From an uncultured Gammaproteobacteria bacterium (GTDB taxonomy: Bacteria > Pseudomonadota > Gammaproteobacteria > Pseudomonadales > Halieaceae): a DNA stretch of 64,000 nt. The notes below the pieces were generated by a model, which ran no database searches, was not told the DNA's origin, and saw only the letters and a list, made by a program, of their open reading frames with translations. Shown here piece by piece: positions 41,967 to 50,585 of the stretch. Every line of letters begins with the position of its first letter. Position 1 is the first letter of the stretch. A program made the translations under genes and the position numbers. The DNA is taken from positions 1,699-65,698 of the forward strand of contig CAVVHD010000005.1 of the NCBI GenBank assembly GCA_963747995.1. The letters are read 5' to 3'.

Positions 41967-42460
41967 CTGCGCTGGTAGGAATTATCATGGGCAGTGACTC
42001 GGATCTGCCGATCATGCAGGCGGCGCAGAAGGCGCTTGAGATGCTCGGCGTTGCCTATGAGATCGATATTGTCAGTGCGCATCGTACACCGGATAAGTTG
42101 CATCAATATGCCACCACGGCAGAGGAAAGGGGTCTCAAGGTGATCATAGCGGGAGCCGGTGGTGCCGCTCATCTTCCGGGTATGGCCGCAGCCCTGAGCA
42201 TCCTGCCGGTGATCGGTGTGCCCATCAGTGTCACCCGTATGGAGGGTCTGGATGCGTTGCTATCGATCGTCCAAATGCCCGCCGGTGTACCGGTGGCAAC
42301 GGTGGCGATCGACAACGCCACCAATGCGGCGATCCTGGCGGCGCAGATTATTGCCACCGGCGATGCGTCACTGAGAGAGCGCTTGCGTGCCTACAAGACA
42401 GGTTTGCGTGACGACGTGCTGAAGAAGTCCGCCAAGCTGCGCGGTGAGCCTGCCAGCTAA
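41963..42460 (+). CDS. purE: N5-carboxyaminoimidazole ribonucleotide mutase
   Basis: Contains VGIIMGSDSDLPIM, VSAHRTPDKL and IAGAGGAAHLPGMAAA...PVIGVP. Its ATG overlaps the purK TGA (ATGA). Confidence 0.95.
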   Translation: MTALVGIIMGSDSDLPIMQAAQKALEMLGVAYEIDIVSAHRTPDKLHQYATTAEERGLKVIIAGAGGAAHLPGMAAALSILPVIGVPISVTRMEGLDALLSIVQMPAGVPVATVAIDNATNAAILAAQIIATGDASLRERLRAYKTGLRDDVLKKSAKLRGEPAS

Positions 42461-43455
42461 TGTCGGTATTCCTGGCCAGCCTGAGCACGCCGCCGCTGCT
42501 GTTTTTCTTTCTCGGGGCTGCTGCCGTAGCGGCACGATCAGACCTGCAGATTCCTGCACAGATAGCAAAATTTCTCTCGCTGTACCTGCTGTTTGCCATA
42601 GGTTTTAAAGGTGGCGTTGCGCTCTCGGAATCCAGCATCGACGCCAGCGTGGTGCTGACTCTGTTGTCGTTGATGGTGCTGTCAGCTGCCGTTCCGCTCT
42701 ACACGTTCTTCCTGCTGCGGCGGCGCCTGCCCATCGCTGATGCTGCAGCCGTCGCCGCAACCTACGGATCCGTGAGCGCAGTCACGTTTGTCACCGCAAC
42801 GGGCTATCTCGATATCCAGGGCGTAGCATGGAGCGGCTACATGGTGGCTGCCATGGCGCTGATGGAGTCACCGGCCATCGTCGTGGGAATACTTTTATAC
42901 AATCACTTCGGTACACGCGAAGGTAACGCTACGATTCCCATTTCCTGGGTGCAGTTGCTCAAAGAGTCGGTATCCAATGGTTCCGTCTTCCTCATCCTCG
43001 GTAGCATGCTGATTGGCTGGGTTACCGGAACGGACGGCATGCGGCAGGTGCAGCCACTGGTGAAGGACCTGTTCCTCGGGCTGCTCTGCCTGTTTCTGCT
43101 CGATATGGGTATTGTCGCCGCACAACGACTCAGGGACTTCCAGCAGGCGGGAGAGCGACGGCCCACTGGGCAGACCTTCACGGTGATGTTGATCGCTGCG
43201 CTGCTGCTGCCGATGCTGAATGCGAGCCTGGGTCTGGGCATCGCCTATGTGCTTGGATTGCCGGAGGGTAATGCCCTGCTGGTGATGGTGCTTGTTGCCA
43301 GCGCTTCCTATATTGCTGTCCCTGCGGCCATGCGTCTGGCGCTACCGGAGGCAAATCCGGCGACCTATCTGACCATGGCGCTGGCGATCACCTTTCCCTT
43401 CAACCTGTTGATCGGTATACCCGCCTATCATGCGGCAATCAGGTGGTTACTATGA
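42460..43455 (+). CDS. SbtA-like (Sbt_1/DUF897) sodium-dependent bicarbonate transporter family permease
   Basis: Intact 331-aa polytopic ORF. Blocks shared with cyanobacterial SbtA as I recall it include N-terminal ...PPLLFFFLGAAAV...IP..., ATYGSVSAVTF and ASASYIAVPAAMRLALPEANP. Its ATG shares one nt with the purE TAA (TAATG). Confidence 0.75.
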   Translation: MSVFLASLSTPPLLFFFLGAAAVAARSDLQIPAQIAKFLSLYLLFAIGFKGGVALSESSIDASVVLTLLSLMVLSAAVPLYTFFLLRRRLPIADAAAVAATYGSVSAVTFVTATGYLDIQGVAWSGYMVAAMALMESPAIVVGILLYNHFGTREGNATIPISWVQLLKESVSNGSVFLILGSMLIGWVTGTDGMRQVQPLVKDLFLGLLCLFLLDMGIVAAQRLRDFQQAGERRPTGQTFTVMLIAALLLPMLNASLGLGIAYVLGLPEGNALLVMVLVASASYIAVPAAMRLALPEANPATYLTMALAITFPFNLLIGIPAYHAAIRWLL

Positions 43456-43748
43456 AGCACTGCAAACGTATCGAGATTGTGATCGAAAAATCCATGGTGC
43501 CAAAGCTTACGGTATTGCTCAAACAGCTCGGCGTGGATGGCTATACACTGATCCCCGATGTGCGCGGTTCAGGTGATCGTGGTATGCGCCGGGCTGATGA
43601 GCTCTCCGGTGAATCCAGCAATTGCCTGGTCCTGATTGCCTGCGACAATGAGGCAATGGTTGAGGCCCTGCTGGAGGGCGTGCGCCCGCTGCTGGTGCGG
43701 GCCGGGGGTATCTGTCTGGTGTCCGACGCGCAGTGGTTGCGTCATTGA
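43452..43748 (+). CDS. P-II-like signalling protein (SbtB-type)
   Basis: About 98 aa. KRIEIVIEKSMVPKLTVLLKQLGVDGYTLIPDVRGSGDRG... follows the PII beta-alpha-beta pattern with a T-loop-like segment. Its ATG overlaps the permease TGA (ATGA). Confidence 0.75.
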   Translation: MKHCKRIEIVIEKSMVPKLTVLLKQLGVDGYTLIPDVRGSGDRGMRRADELSGESSNCLVLIACDNEAMVEALLEGVRPLLVRAGGICLVSDAQWLRH

Positions 43749-43775
43749 GCTGAAGACCTGAGTGCGTCGGGGCTC

Positions 43776-44678
43776 TCAGGTCTTCAGTAGTCGATTTCTC
43801 GCTTGTTCAATAATTTTCAGTACTGCAGGGTGCTTCAACTTGCGCTCGGGAGAGATCGCAAAATATTTTTCTTCCACGGGGAGCGCAGGACCAATGCGCT
43901 TTGCGTGGTACATCCGTTCCACCTCATCACTGATCGCCACCGGCGCCGGAAAGATGCCATTGCCCGTTTCACCAAACGCTTTCATCAAGGCGCTGTCCTC
44001 AAACTCTGCAACGAGGTTGGGCGAGAGGCCGTTCTGGTTAAACCAGTCATCCAGTGCGCGCCTGATAGGATTGTCGGGTGTGGGCAGAAGTATTGGCGCC
44101 TCATTCAGTGACTGCGGAAAATTCTTTTCATACTGTCGTGTATGGCCCTTTCTGGCGAAGAGGGCAATCTCACTGGCGCCCAGTGCGTGGCTGAAGGCTT
44201 TAACGGCAAGACCCGACGGTATCGGGCGGTCTGACAACACTAGGTCCAACTGGTGCACGGCAAGCTCGCCCAATAGCGTTTCCAGTCCACCTTCTGTGCA
44301 TACCAGCCTGATGGGGAGCTCGGGGTCAAATACGGGCTGCAGTATTCTTGCGGTGATCAACTTGGGGATGGAGTTGACCACGCCCACCGCGAGTACAGCA
44401 GGGGCGACGATTCGGCCGGTTTTTGCCCTGGCAGCAAGCTCTGCGCCCAGGGTGAAAATTTCATCGGCATACTGGTAGACCATGTGCCCGGTTTCAGTCA
44501 GTGCGAGTCCGCGCCCCACCCGGCTAAACAGCGGCTCTCCGATGGCTTCCTCAAGCAGCTTCAGCTGGCCACTGATGGTCTGCGGCGTCAGGTGCAACTC
44601 CCGGGTCGCCTTGATGATGCTGCCTTCCCTGGCGACCGTCCAGAAGTAGAGCAAATGGTTGTAATTGAGATGCCGCAT
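43776..44678 (-). CDS. LysR family transcriptional regulator, NhaR-like
   Basis: MRHLNYNHLLYFWTVAREGSIIKATRELHLTPQTISGQLKLLEE closely resembles the NhaR N-terminal wHTH. The start is taken at this Met (44678); the track ORF extends to 44771. Confidence 0.85.
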   Translation of the reverse strand: MRHLNYNHLLYFWTVAREGSIIKATRELHLTPQTISGQLKLLEEAIGEPLFSRVGRGLALTETGHMVYQYADEIFTLGAELAARAKTGRIVAPAVLAVGVVNSIPKLITARILQPVFDPELPIRLVCTEGGLETLLGELAVHQLDLVLSDRPIPSGLAVKAFSHALGASEIALFARKGHTRQYEKNFPQSLNEAPILLPTPDNPIRRALDDWFNQNGLSPNLVAEFEDSALMKAFGETGNGIFPAPVAISDEVERMYHAKRIGPALPVEEKYFAISPERKLKHPAVLKIIEQARNRLLKT

Positions 44679-44845
44679 TGTGCTGTGGATGCCTGCTTCG
44701 CTGACTGTGCCAGCGGTTTGAATGGTCGGCTGATACAGGCTGTTATACATCGTTAAAAGCGAAGTTTCCACCAGAAAACTTCGAGCAGACTAGGACGACT
44801 CTGTTCCGCTAGCCTGTCCACTGGCACTCACCAGGTATCTGATAT

Positions 44846-45547
44846 ATGAACACCCGAATGGACAAACCGTCAGCTGTTGCCGACGTCATGATCGCCTCAC
44901 CCGTGCAGGCAATGCCTGAGGTGGGTCACAAGGTACTGCGCGATACGTACCGATTGCTGTCAGTCACACTGATCTTTTCTGCTGTTGTTGCCAGCATCAG
45001 TGCTGCATTGCAACTGCCAGCCCCCGGCTTGATGCTGACGCTGGGCGGGTATTTTGGCTTTTTGTTTCTCACCCATCGCCTGCAGAACAGTATCTGGGGA
45101 CTGGCGTCAGTTTTCGGACTTACCGGTTTTATGGGATACACCCTGGGCCCGATCATAGGTCACTACATGGCGCAGGCAAACGGCCCGCAGCTGGTCGCCA
45201 CCACGATGGGCGTTACCGGACTGACCTTCATGGGCCTGTCCTGGTACGCGCGCAGCGCTGCCGCTGTGAATACCGTGAATTGGGGAAGCTTCCTGATGAT
45301 CGGCATTCTGACGGCGTTCGGGCTTGGTCTGGCCGCACTTTTCTTCCAGATTCCCGCCCTTGCCCTGGCTGTATCCGGACTGTTCGTACTGTTAATGAGC
45401 GGCCTGATCGTGTTTGAGACGCAGAACATTGTGCGGGGCGGGGAAACCAATTATATCCTTGCGACGGTCTCGCTCTTTGTAACCATCTTCAACCTGTTTA
45501 CAAGTCTGCTGCACATCTTTGGTTTTCTGGGCGGCGAGGAAGCCTAG
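44846..45547 (+). CDS. Bax inhibitor-1/YccA family membrane protein
   Basis: Intact 233 aa with 7 TM segments. Typical features are LRDTYRLLSVTL..., a C-terminal ...YILATVSLFVTIFNLFTSLLHIF and an acidic tail. Confidence 0.9.
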   Translation: MNTRMDKPSAVADVMIASPVQAMPEVGHKVLRDTYRLLSVTLIFSAVVASISAALQLPAPGLMLTLGGYFGFLFLTHRLQNSIWGLASVFGLTGFMGYTLGPIIGHYMAQANGPQLVATTMGVTGLTFMGLSWYARSAAAVNTVNWGSFLMIGILTAFGLGLAALFFQIPALALAVSGLFVLLMSGLIVFETQNIVRGGETNYILATVSLFVTIFNLFTSLLHIFGFLGGEEA

Positions 45548-45594
45548 TCGCTTCGGGTTTGCTCGCTGTGCTACCACAGGGCACTGACACTCTC

Positions 45595-47316
45595 TCAGTT
45601 GAGATGAGTCAGTGCTTCATCAAGGGTTGGACAAAAAGTCGTAACACCTTCAATCGGTCTAATGTTTGCCCGAGCCAGCGTTTTTAGCGGTTGGAACTGC
45701 AAGTCGCAGAAAATTATTTTCTTTCCCTCTTTGGCACAGTAAGTAACCAGTTTATTCATTGCAGCAATACCACCCGCATCGAGCAGGGTTACTCCATCCA
45801 TGTAGAGTATGACGCCATCTAGTTTTGTCATAGTGGCAGAAATATCACCGAACACACGGTCAGCCGCCGCAAAAAACAGGGGCCCATTGATTTTGAGAAC
45901 GGCCCACCTATTTGGAATCGATACATCAATCAGTTTTTTATTGTCGGTGATGTCAGTGATTTTTGTCATCGTGGCCATCTCATTGACAAAGAGAATGCAG
46001 GCCAACAGCACGCCGGCTGTTATTGCGATCACCATATCGAAGAAAACGGTTAGGATCAGGCAAGTTGCAAAAACGGCGATATCGCGGACTGGAGAGTGTC
46101 TGATCAGATGCAGCGATTTGGGTGCTTCGCTCATATTCCACGCGACCACAATCAATAAGGCCGCCATAGCGGGCATGGGTAGATAGGCCAAAAGAGGCGC
46201 GAGTAATACCAGCGCCAGTAGAATGACCAGCGCATGGATCATTGATGCTATGGGGGATTGTGCGCCTGCTCTCAGATTTGCAGTTGAGCGTGCGATTGCA
46301 GCGGTGGCCGTAATTCCGCCGAAGAACGGTGCAATGATATTGCCCAAGCCCTGGCCGAGCAGCTCACTATTGGCGCTATGACGCTTGCCGGTCATGCCAT
46401 CCAGCACCACGGCACACAGCAGCGATTCTATGGCGCAAAGAATCGCGATGCCGAACGCTGACGGCAGTAGATTGACTACCAGGCCCCAACTGAATTGAAG
46501 CGGTATTCCACCCGGGCCGGGTTGCTGCCATGGCCAGGCGAAGTGGGGCAGATAGGGCGGAATTCCCGCGCCCTGTGCGCCATCCGGCATGAGGTAGCTG
46601 AAACGCGAGCCGATGGTGTCCACCGCGTAACCGGCCTGCGCCAGGAGGATGCCCATCAGGCTTGCAAATATCACGGCGGGTAAATGTTGTGGGATAGCCG
46701 TTTTCAGTTTGGGCCAGTACAACATGATGCCCAGGGTCACCAGGGCAACAAAGAGGCTGGTGCCATCAAATTGGCTGAGTGAACTGACGAGCAACTGGAC
46801 TTTATCGACATAGTGTTCCGGCATTTCCTTAACTGACAGGCCGAAAAAATCTTTTAACTGCAGGGTGGCAATCACAATTGCTATGCCACCAGTGAATCCG
46901 AGTGTTACCGATTCGGGAATATATTCAATGAAGCGACCGAGGCGGGCGTAGGCCATGGCAACCAGCATCAGGCCTGCCATAAAAGTGGCTAGAACAAGAC
47001 CGCCGAGTCCGTAGAGTTGGGCAATCGGGTAGAGAAGGACGACAAAAGCGGCGGTTGGACCAGAAACGCTGTATCGACTACCGCCCGTCAGCGCAATGAC
47101 AAAGCCGCCAATGATCGCAGTATACAAACCATACTGTGGTGCAACCCCGCTGGCGATCGCCAATGCCATGGCCAGCGGGATAGCGATAATCCCGACGGTT
47201 ACACCCGCCAGTACATCCCTCTGCAAGTGAGCCAGGCCGTAAGGCTCGTTTCCAAAACACGCATCACGCAGGGCGTGGCCGATACGCAAGGAAAAAAGAT
47301 GCGCTCTGTGCGGCAT
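45595..47316 (-). CDS. SulP family anion transporter with C-terminal STAS domain
   Basis: Contains ...LQRDVLAGVTVGIIAIPLAMALAIASGVAPQYGLYTAIIGGFV.... The C-terminal STAS region reads VLKINGPLFFAAADRV...ILYMDGVTLLDAGG. The start is taken at MPHRAHLF (47316). Confidence 0.9.
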   Translation of the reverse strand: MPHRAHLFSLRIGHALRDACFGNEPYGLAHLQRDVLAGVTVGIIAIPLAMALAIASGVAPQYGLYTAIIGGFVIALTGGSRYSVSGPTAAFVVLLYPIAQLYGLGGLVLATFMAGLMLVAMAYARLGRFIEYIPESVTLGFTGGIAIVIATLQLKDFFGLSVKEMPEHYVDKVQLLVSSLSQFDGTSLFVALVTLGIMLYWPKLKTAIPQHLPAVIFASLMGILLAQAGYAVDTIGSRFSYLMPDGAQGAGIPPYLPHFAWPWQQPGPGGIPLQFSWGLVVNLLPSAFGIAILCAIESLLCAVVLDGMTGKRHSANSELLGQGLGNIIAPFFGGITATAAIARSTANLRAGAQSPIASMIHALVILLALVLLAPLLAYLPMPAMAALLIVVAWNMSEAPKSLHLIRHSPVRDIAVFATCLILTVFFDMVIAITAGVLLACILFVNEMATMTKITDITDNKKLIDVSIPNRWAVLKINGPLFFAAADRVFGDISATMTKLDGVILYMDGVTLLDAGGIAAMNKLVTYCAKEGKKIIFCDLQFQPLKTLARANIRPIEGVTTFCPTLDEALTHLN

Positions 47317-47465
47317 GCAGGACTCCCATTCGAGGCTATAAATGCTACGCCAAATACCATAACATGTTACCCGATGCTCTGTGGTTGTTATTCGGAGCAT
47401 TGCCAGGATGGACATAGAGCGACCACCATGAAAAACCCCAACGCACCTTTGGCACAGCAACCGTC

Positions 47466-48929
47466 ATGACGTCCCCGACTGACAAGGACTATGTGGATGT
47501 GCTGATAGTGGGTGCCGGTCTGTCCGGTATCGGCAGTGCCCGCCACCTGCAGCGCGAGTGTCCGGAGCGCAGCTTCGCCCTGCTGGAGTCGAGGGAGGTT
47601 CTCGGCGGCACCTGGGATTTGTTCCGCTATCCCGGCATACGCTCCGACAGTGACATGTACACGCTGGGTTACGCCTTCAAACCCTGGCTGCAGCGCAAGT
47701 CGCTCGCTGACGGCCCCTCCATACTCAAGTATCTGCAGGAGACCGCCTCGGAAACCGGCGTCGATCAGCACATCCGCTACAAGCATAAGGTGCTCAGCGC
47801 CAGCTGGTCCTCCGAGTCCGCGACGTGGACGGTGGTGGCACAGCGCACTGATAGTGGAGAACAGGTTGAACTGCGCTGTCTGTTCCTGCTGATGTGCAGC
47901 GGCTACTACGATTATGAAAATGCCTATACACCGGAATTTCCCGGTAGCGCGGATTTCAAGGGCCGCCTGATCCACGCCCAGCACTGGCCCGAGGACCTCG
48001 ATTACCGCGGCAAAAAGGTTGTGGTCATCGGCAGTGGCGCCACCGCGGTTACCCTGGTCCCCGAGTTGGCCAGGGATGCAGCGCAGACAATTATGTTGCA
48101 GCGCTCCCCGACCTATATCGCTTCCGTGCCGGAAGAGGATCCGACGGCAGTCCAACTGCAGCGGTTTCTGCCGGGATCATGGGTGTACCGTCTTACGCGG
48201 TGGAAGCGCGTGCTGTTCCAGATCTATGTTTTCAATCTCTCGCGCTGGCGTCCTAAGCTGGTGAAGAAATACCTGCTGGACCAGGTACGCCAGGAGCTTG
48301 GTGATGATTACGATGTGAAAACCCACTTCACGCCGTCCTACAACCCGTGGGATCAGCGTCTGTGCGCGGTGCCAGAGGGCGATTTGTTTGCCGCCATCCG
48401 CGAGAAACGGGCGGAAGTGGTCACCGATCATATCGAGCGCTTCACCGAAACTGGTATACAGCTTAAATCCGGCAGGGCATTGCAGGCGGACATTATCGTG
48501 CTGGCCACCGGGCTGAACCTGAAGTTCATGGGGGGCGCGCAGCTGACAGTAGACGGCAGTGCGATAGACCCGTCCAGACTCTTCGTGTATCGCGGCATGA
48601 TGTTTGGCAATGTGCCCAACCTGGCGCAGGTGTTCGGTTATACCAATTCTTCCTGGACTCTGAAGAGCGACCTCACGGGTGACTATGTCTGCCGTCTGTT
48701 GAACCACATGCGCCGGACCGGTACGCGGATGGCCATGCCCCGGCTGCCGGCAGGATCAGTCGAGGAGGAGCCTATGCTCAACTTCACCTCGGGTTATGTA
48801 CTGCGCTCTGTCGGTCATTTTCCCAAGCAGGGTGCCAGGCTGCCATGGCGCCTCTACCAGAATTACATCCTGGATTTTTTGCTGCTGCACCTGCGGCCCC
48901 TCAGGGACAAGGTACTCGAGTTTAAATAG
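47466..48929 (+). CDS. Flavin-dependent Baeyer-Villiger-type monooxygenase (EthA-like)
   Basis: Intact 487 aa with VLIVGAGLSGIG (FAD), GGTWDLFRYPGIRSDS, the BVMO fingerprint FKGRLIHAQHWPED and VVVIGSGATA (NADP). Confidence 0.85.
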   Translation: MTSPTDKDYVDVLIVGAGLSGIGSARHLQRECPERSFALLESREVLGGTWDLFRYPGIRSDSDMYTLGYAFKPWLQRKSLADGPSILKYLQETASETGVDQHIRYKHKVLSASWSSESATWTVVAQRTDSGEQVELRCLFLLMCSGYYDYENAYTPEFPGSADFKGRLIHAQHWPEDLDYRGKKVVVIGSGATAVTLVPELARDAAQTIMLQRSPTYIASVPEEDPTAVQLQRFLPGSWVYRLTRWKRVLFQIYVFNLSRWRPKLVKKYLLDQVRQELGDDYDVKTHFTPSYNPWDQRLCAVPEGDLFAAIREKRAEVVTDHIERFTETGIQLKSGRALQADIIVLATGLNLKFMGGAQLTVDGSAIDPSRLFVYRGMMFGNVPNLAQVFGYTNSSWTLKSDLTGDYVCRLLNHMRRTGTRMAMPRLPAGSVEEEPMLNFTSGYVLRSVGHFPKQGARLPWRLYQNYILDFLLLHLRPLRDKVLEFK

Positions 48930-48986
48930 CGATAACTTCTATAGCGGTGGCATACCGCCATCGCGTCAATCTGTTGAGTAGGAAAA

Positions 48987-49892
48987 ATGATGATCTCCGC
49001 CAGCATGCCTTACGACAAAAAATACCAGGACGTACTGGGTAAACGCATCGCCTATGTCGAGTCAGGGGAGGGCGACCCGATAGTATTGCTGCACGGTAAC
49101 CCCACCTCATCCTATCTGTGGCGCAATGTAATTCCGCAGCTGCAGGGCAAGGGCCGCGTCATCGCACCGGACCTGATTGGCCAGGGTGATTCGGAAAAAC
49201 TGCCGGCCAGTGCAGGTCCCGGGCGTTATTCATTCCAGGTTGCCTATCAGTATCTGGACGGACTATTGCGAGCCATCGGCGCCGATCGGAATGTCACCCT
49301 GGTTATTCACGACTGGGGCAGCGCGCTGGGCTTCTACTGGGCGCAGCAGCACCCGGACGCGGTGCGCGGTATCGCCTACATGGAAGGAATAGTCTGTCCC
49401 ATCGCCAGCTGGGATGATTGGCCGGAGGGTGCGCGCGGTATTTTCCAGGGGTTCCGCTCGGCCAAGGGCGAAGATCTGGTACTGCAGCGCAATATGTTTG
49501 TCGATGCGGTACTGCCCAGTTCGGTGATGCGCGGCCTGGGTGAGGAAGAAATGCAGCACTATCGAGCGGCATTCTCCACGCCCGATGATCGCCAGCCGAC
49601 ACTCAACTGGCCGCGCCAGATTCCGATTGCCGGCGAACCGCCCGAGATGGTGGCACTCGTGGCCGGATATGGGCAGTGGCTGATGGGTACCACCGCGCTA
49701 CCCAAGTTGTTCATCAACGCCGAGCCCGGTTCCATCCTGGTCGGCAGGCAGCGGGAGTTTTGTCGCAGCTGGCCCAACCAGCGCGAGGTGACGGTCAAGG
49801 GCACACATTTTATTCAGGAGGATTCACCTGTGGAGATAGGTCAGGCGGTGGCGCAATGGATGGACTCTCTGAGAGCAGGGGGTGACCTGTGA
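48987..49892 (+). CDS. Haloalkane dehalogenase, HLD-II subfamily (DhaA-like)
   Basis: Intact 301 aa, collinear with DhaA as I recall it. Contains LHGNPTSSYLWRN (halide-binding Asn), VIHDWGSALG (nucleophile Asp plus Trp), IAYMEGIV (catalytic Glu) and GTHFIQEDSP (catalytic His). Confidence 0.9.
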   Translation: MMISASMPYDKKYQDVLGKRIAYVESGEGDPIVLLHGNPTSSYLWRNVIPQLQGKGRVIAPDLIGQGDSEKLPASAGPGRYSFQVAYQYLDGLLRAIGADRNVTLVIHDWGSALGFYWAQQHPDAVRGIAYMEGIVCPIASWDDWPEGARGIFQGFRSAKGEDLVLQRNMFVDAVLPSSVMRGLGEEEMQHYRAAFSTPDDRQPTLNWPRQIPIAGEPPEMVALVAGYGQWLMGTTALPKLFINAEPGSILVGRQREFCRSWPNQREVTVKGTHFIQEDSPVEIGQAVAQWMDSLRAGGDL

Positions 49893-50530
49893 TGATTGTG
49901 CACGGAGCTTCCGGATCGCCCTTTGTACGCAAGGTGCTGGTCGCGCTGGCGGTAAAGGAACTGCCCTACGAGCAGATTCAGCAACTGCCGTTTACCAGGG
50001 ACGCCGAGTACCGGAAGATCAATCCGCTGGGCAAGATACCGACCCTGCAGGATGGCGATCTCACCATTTGTGATTCAACGGTTATCTGCGAATACCTGGA
50101 GGACACCCACCCGCAGCCGCCGTTGTACCCGAAGAACAGTGCGGACAAGGCCAGGGCACGCTGGTATGAAGAGCTTGGTGGCACGCGGGTCGCGGAACTG
50201 GCAGCGGGCATATTTTTCCAGCGCTTTATGCGGCCCATGGTGCTTAAGCAGGAGCCGGATGAGGAACTGGTCGCAAAAATCATGAACAAGCAACTACCGC
50301 CCATCCTCGACTATCTTGAGTCCCAGGTGCCTGCGCAAGGCTTTATTTTTGGCGAGTTTATGATTGCCGACATGAGCCTGATGAGCCCCTTTGTCAATGC
50401 GTCCTACGCTGGCTATGAGGTCGATCCAACGCAGTGGCCGACTTTCACGAATTTTATTGCGCGGGTAAAAGCCCATCCGGTGGTGAGCCAGGTGCTGGCG
50501 GCTGAAGCCGCATCCATGGGCCTGGGCTGA
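49889..50530 (+). CDS. Glutathione S-transferase
   Basis: 213 aa with an N-terminal thioredoxin-like fold (SGSPFVRKVLVAL..., NPLGKIPTLQDGDLTICDSTVICEYL). The start overlaps the dehalogenase stop (GTGATG). Confidence 0.85.
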   Translation: MMIVHGASGSPFVRKVLVALAVKELPYEQIQQLPFTRDAEYRKINPLGKIPTLQDGDLTICDSTVICEYLEDTHPQPPLYPKNSADKARARWYEELGGTRVAELAAGIFFQRFMRPMVLKQEPDEELVAKIMNKQLPPILDYLESQVPAQGFIFGEFMIADMSLMSPFVNASYAGYEVDPTQWPTFTNFIARVKAHPVVSQVLAAEAASMGLG

Positions 50531-50585
50531 GCGTCAGCCAATAGATGTTGAATGGAATACTCAACGATCTGGAGGCGAACGTATT

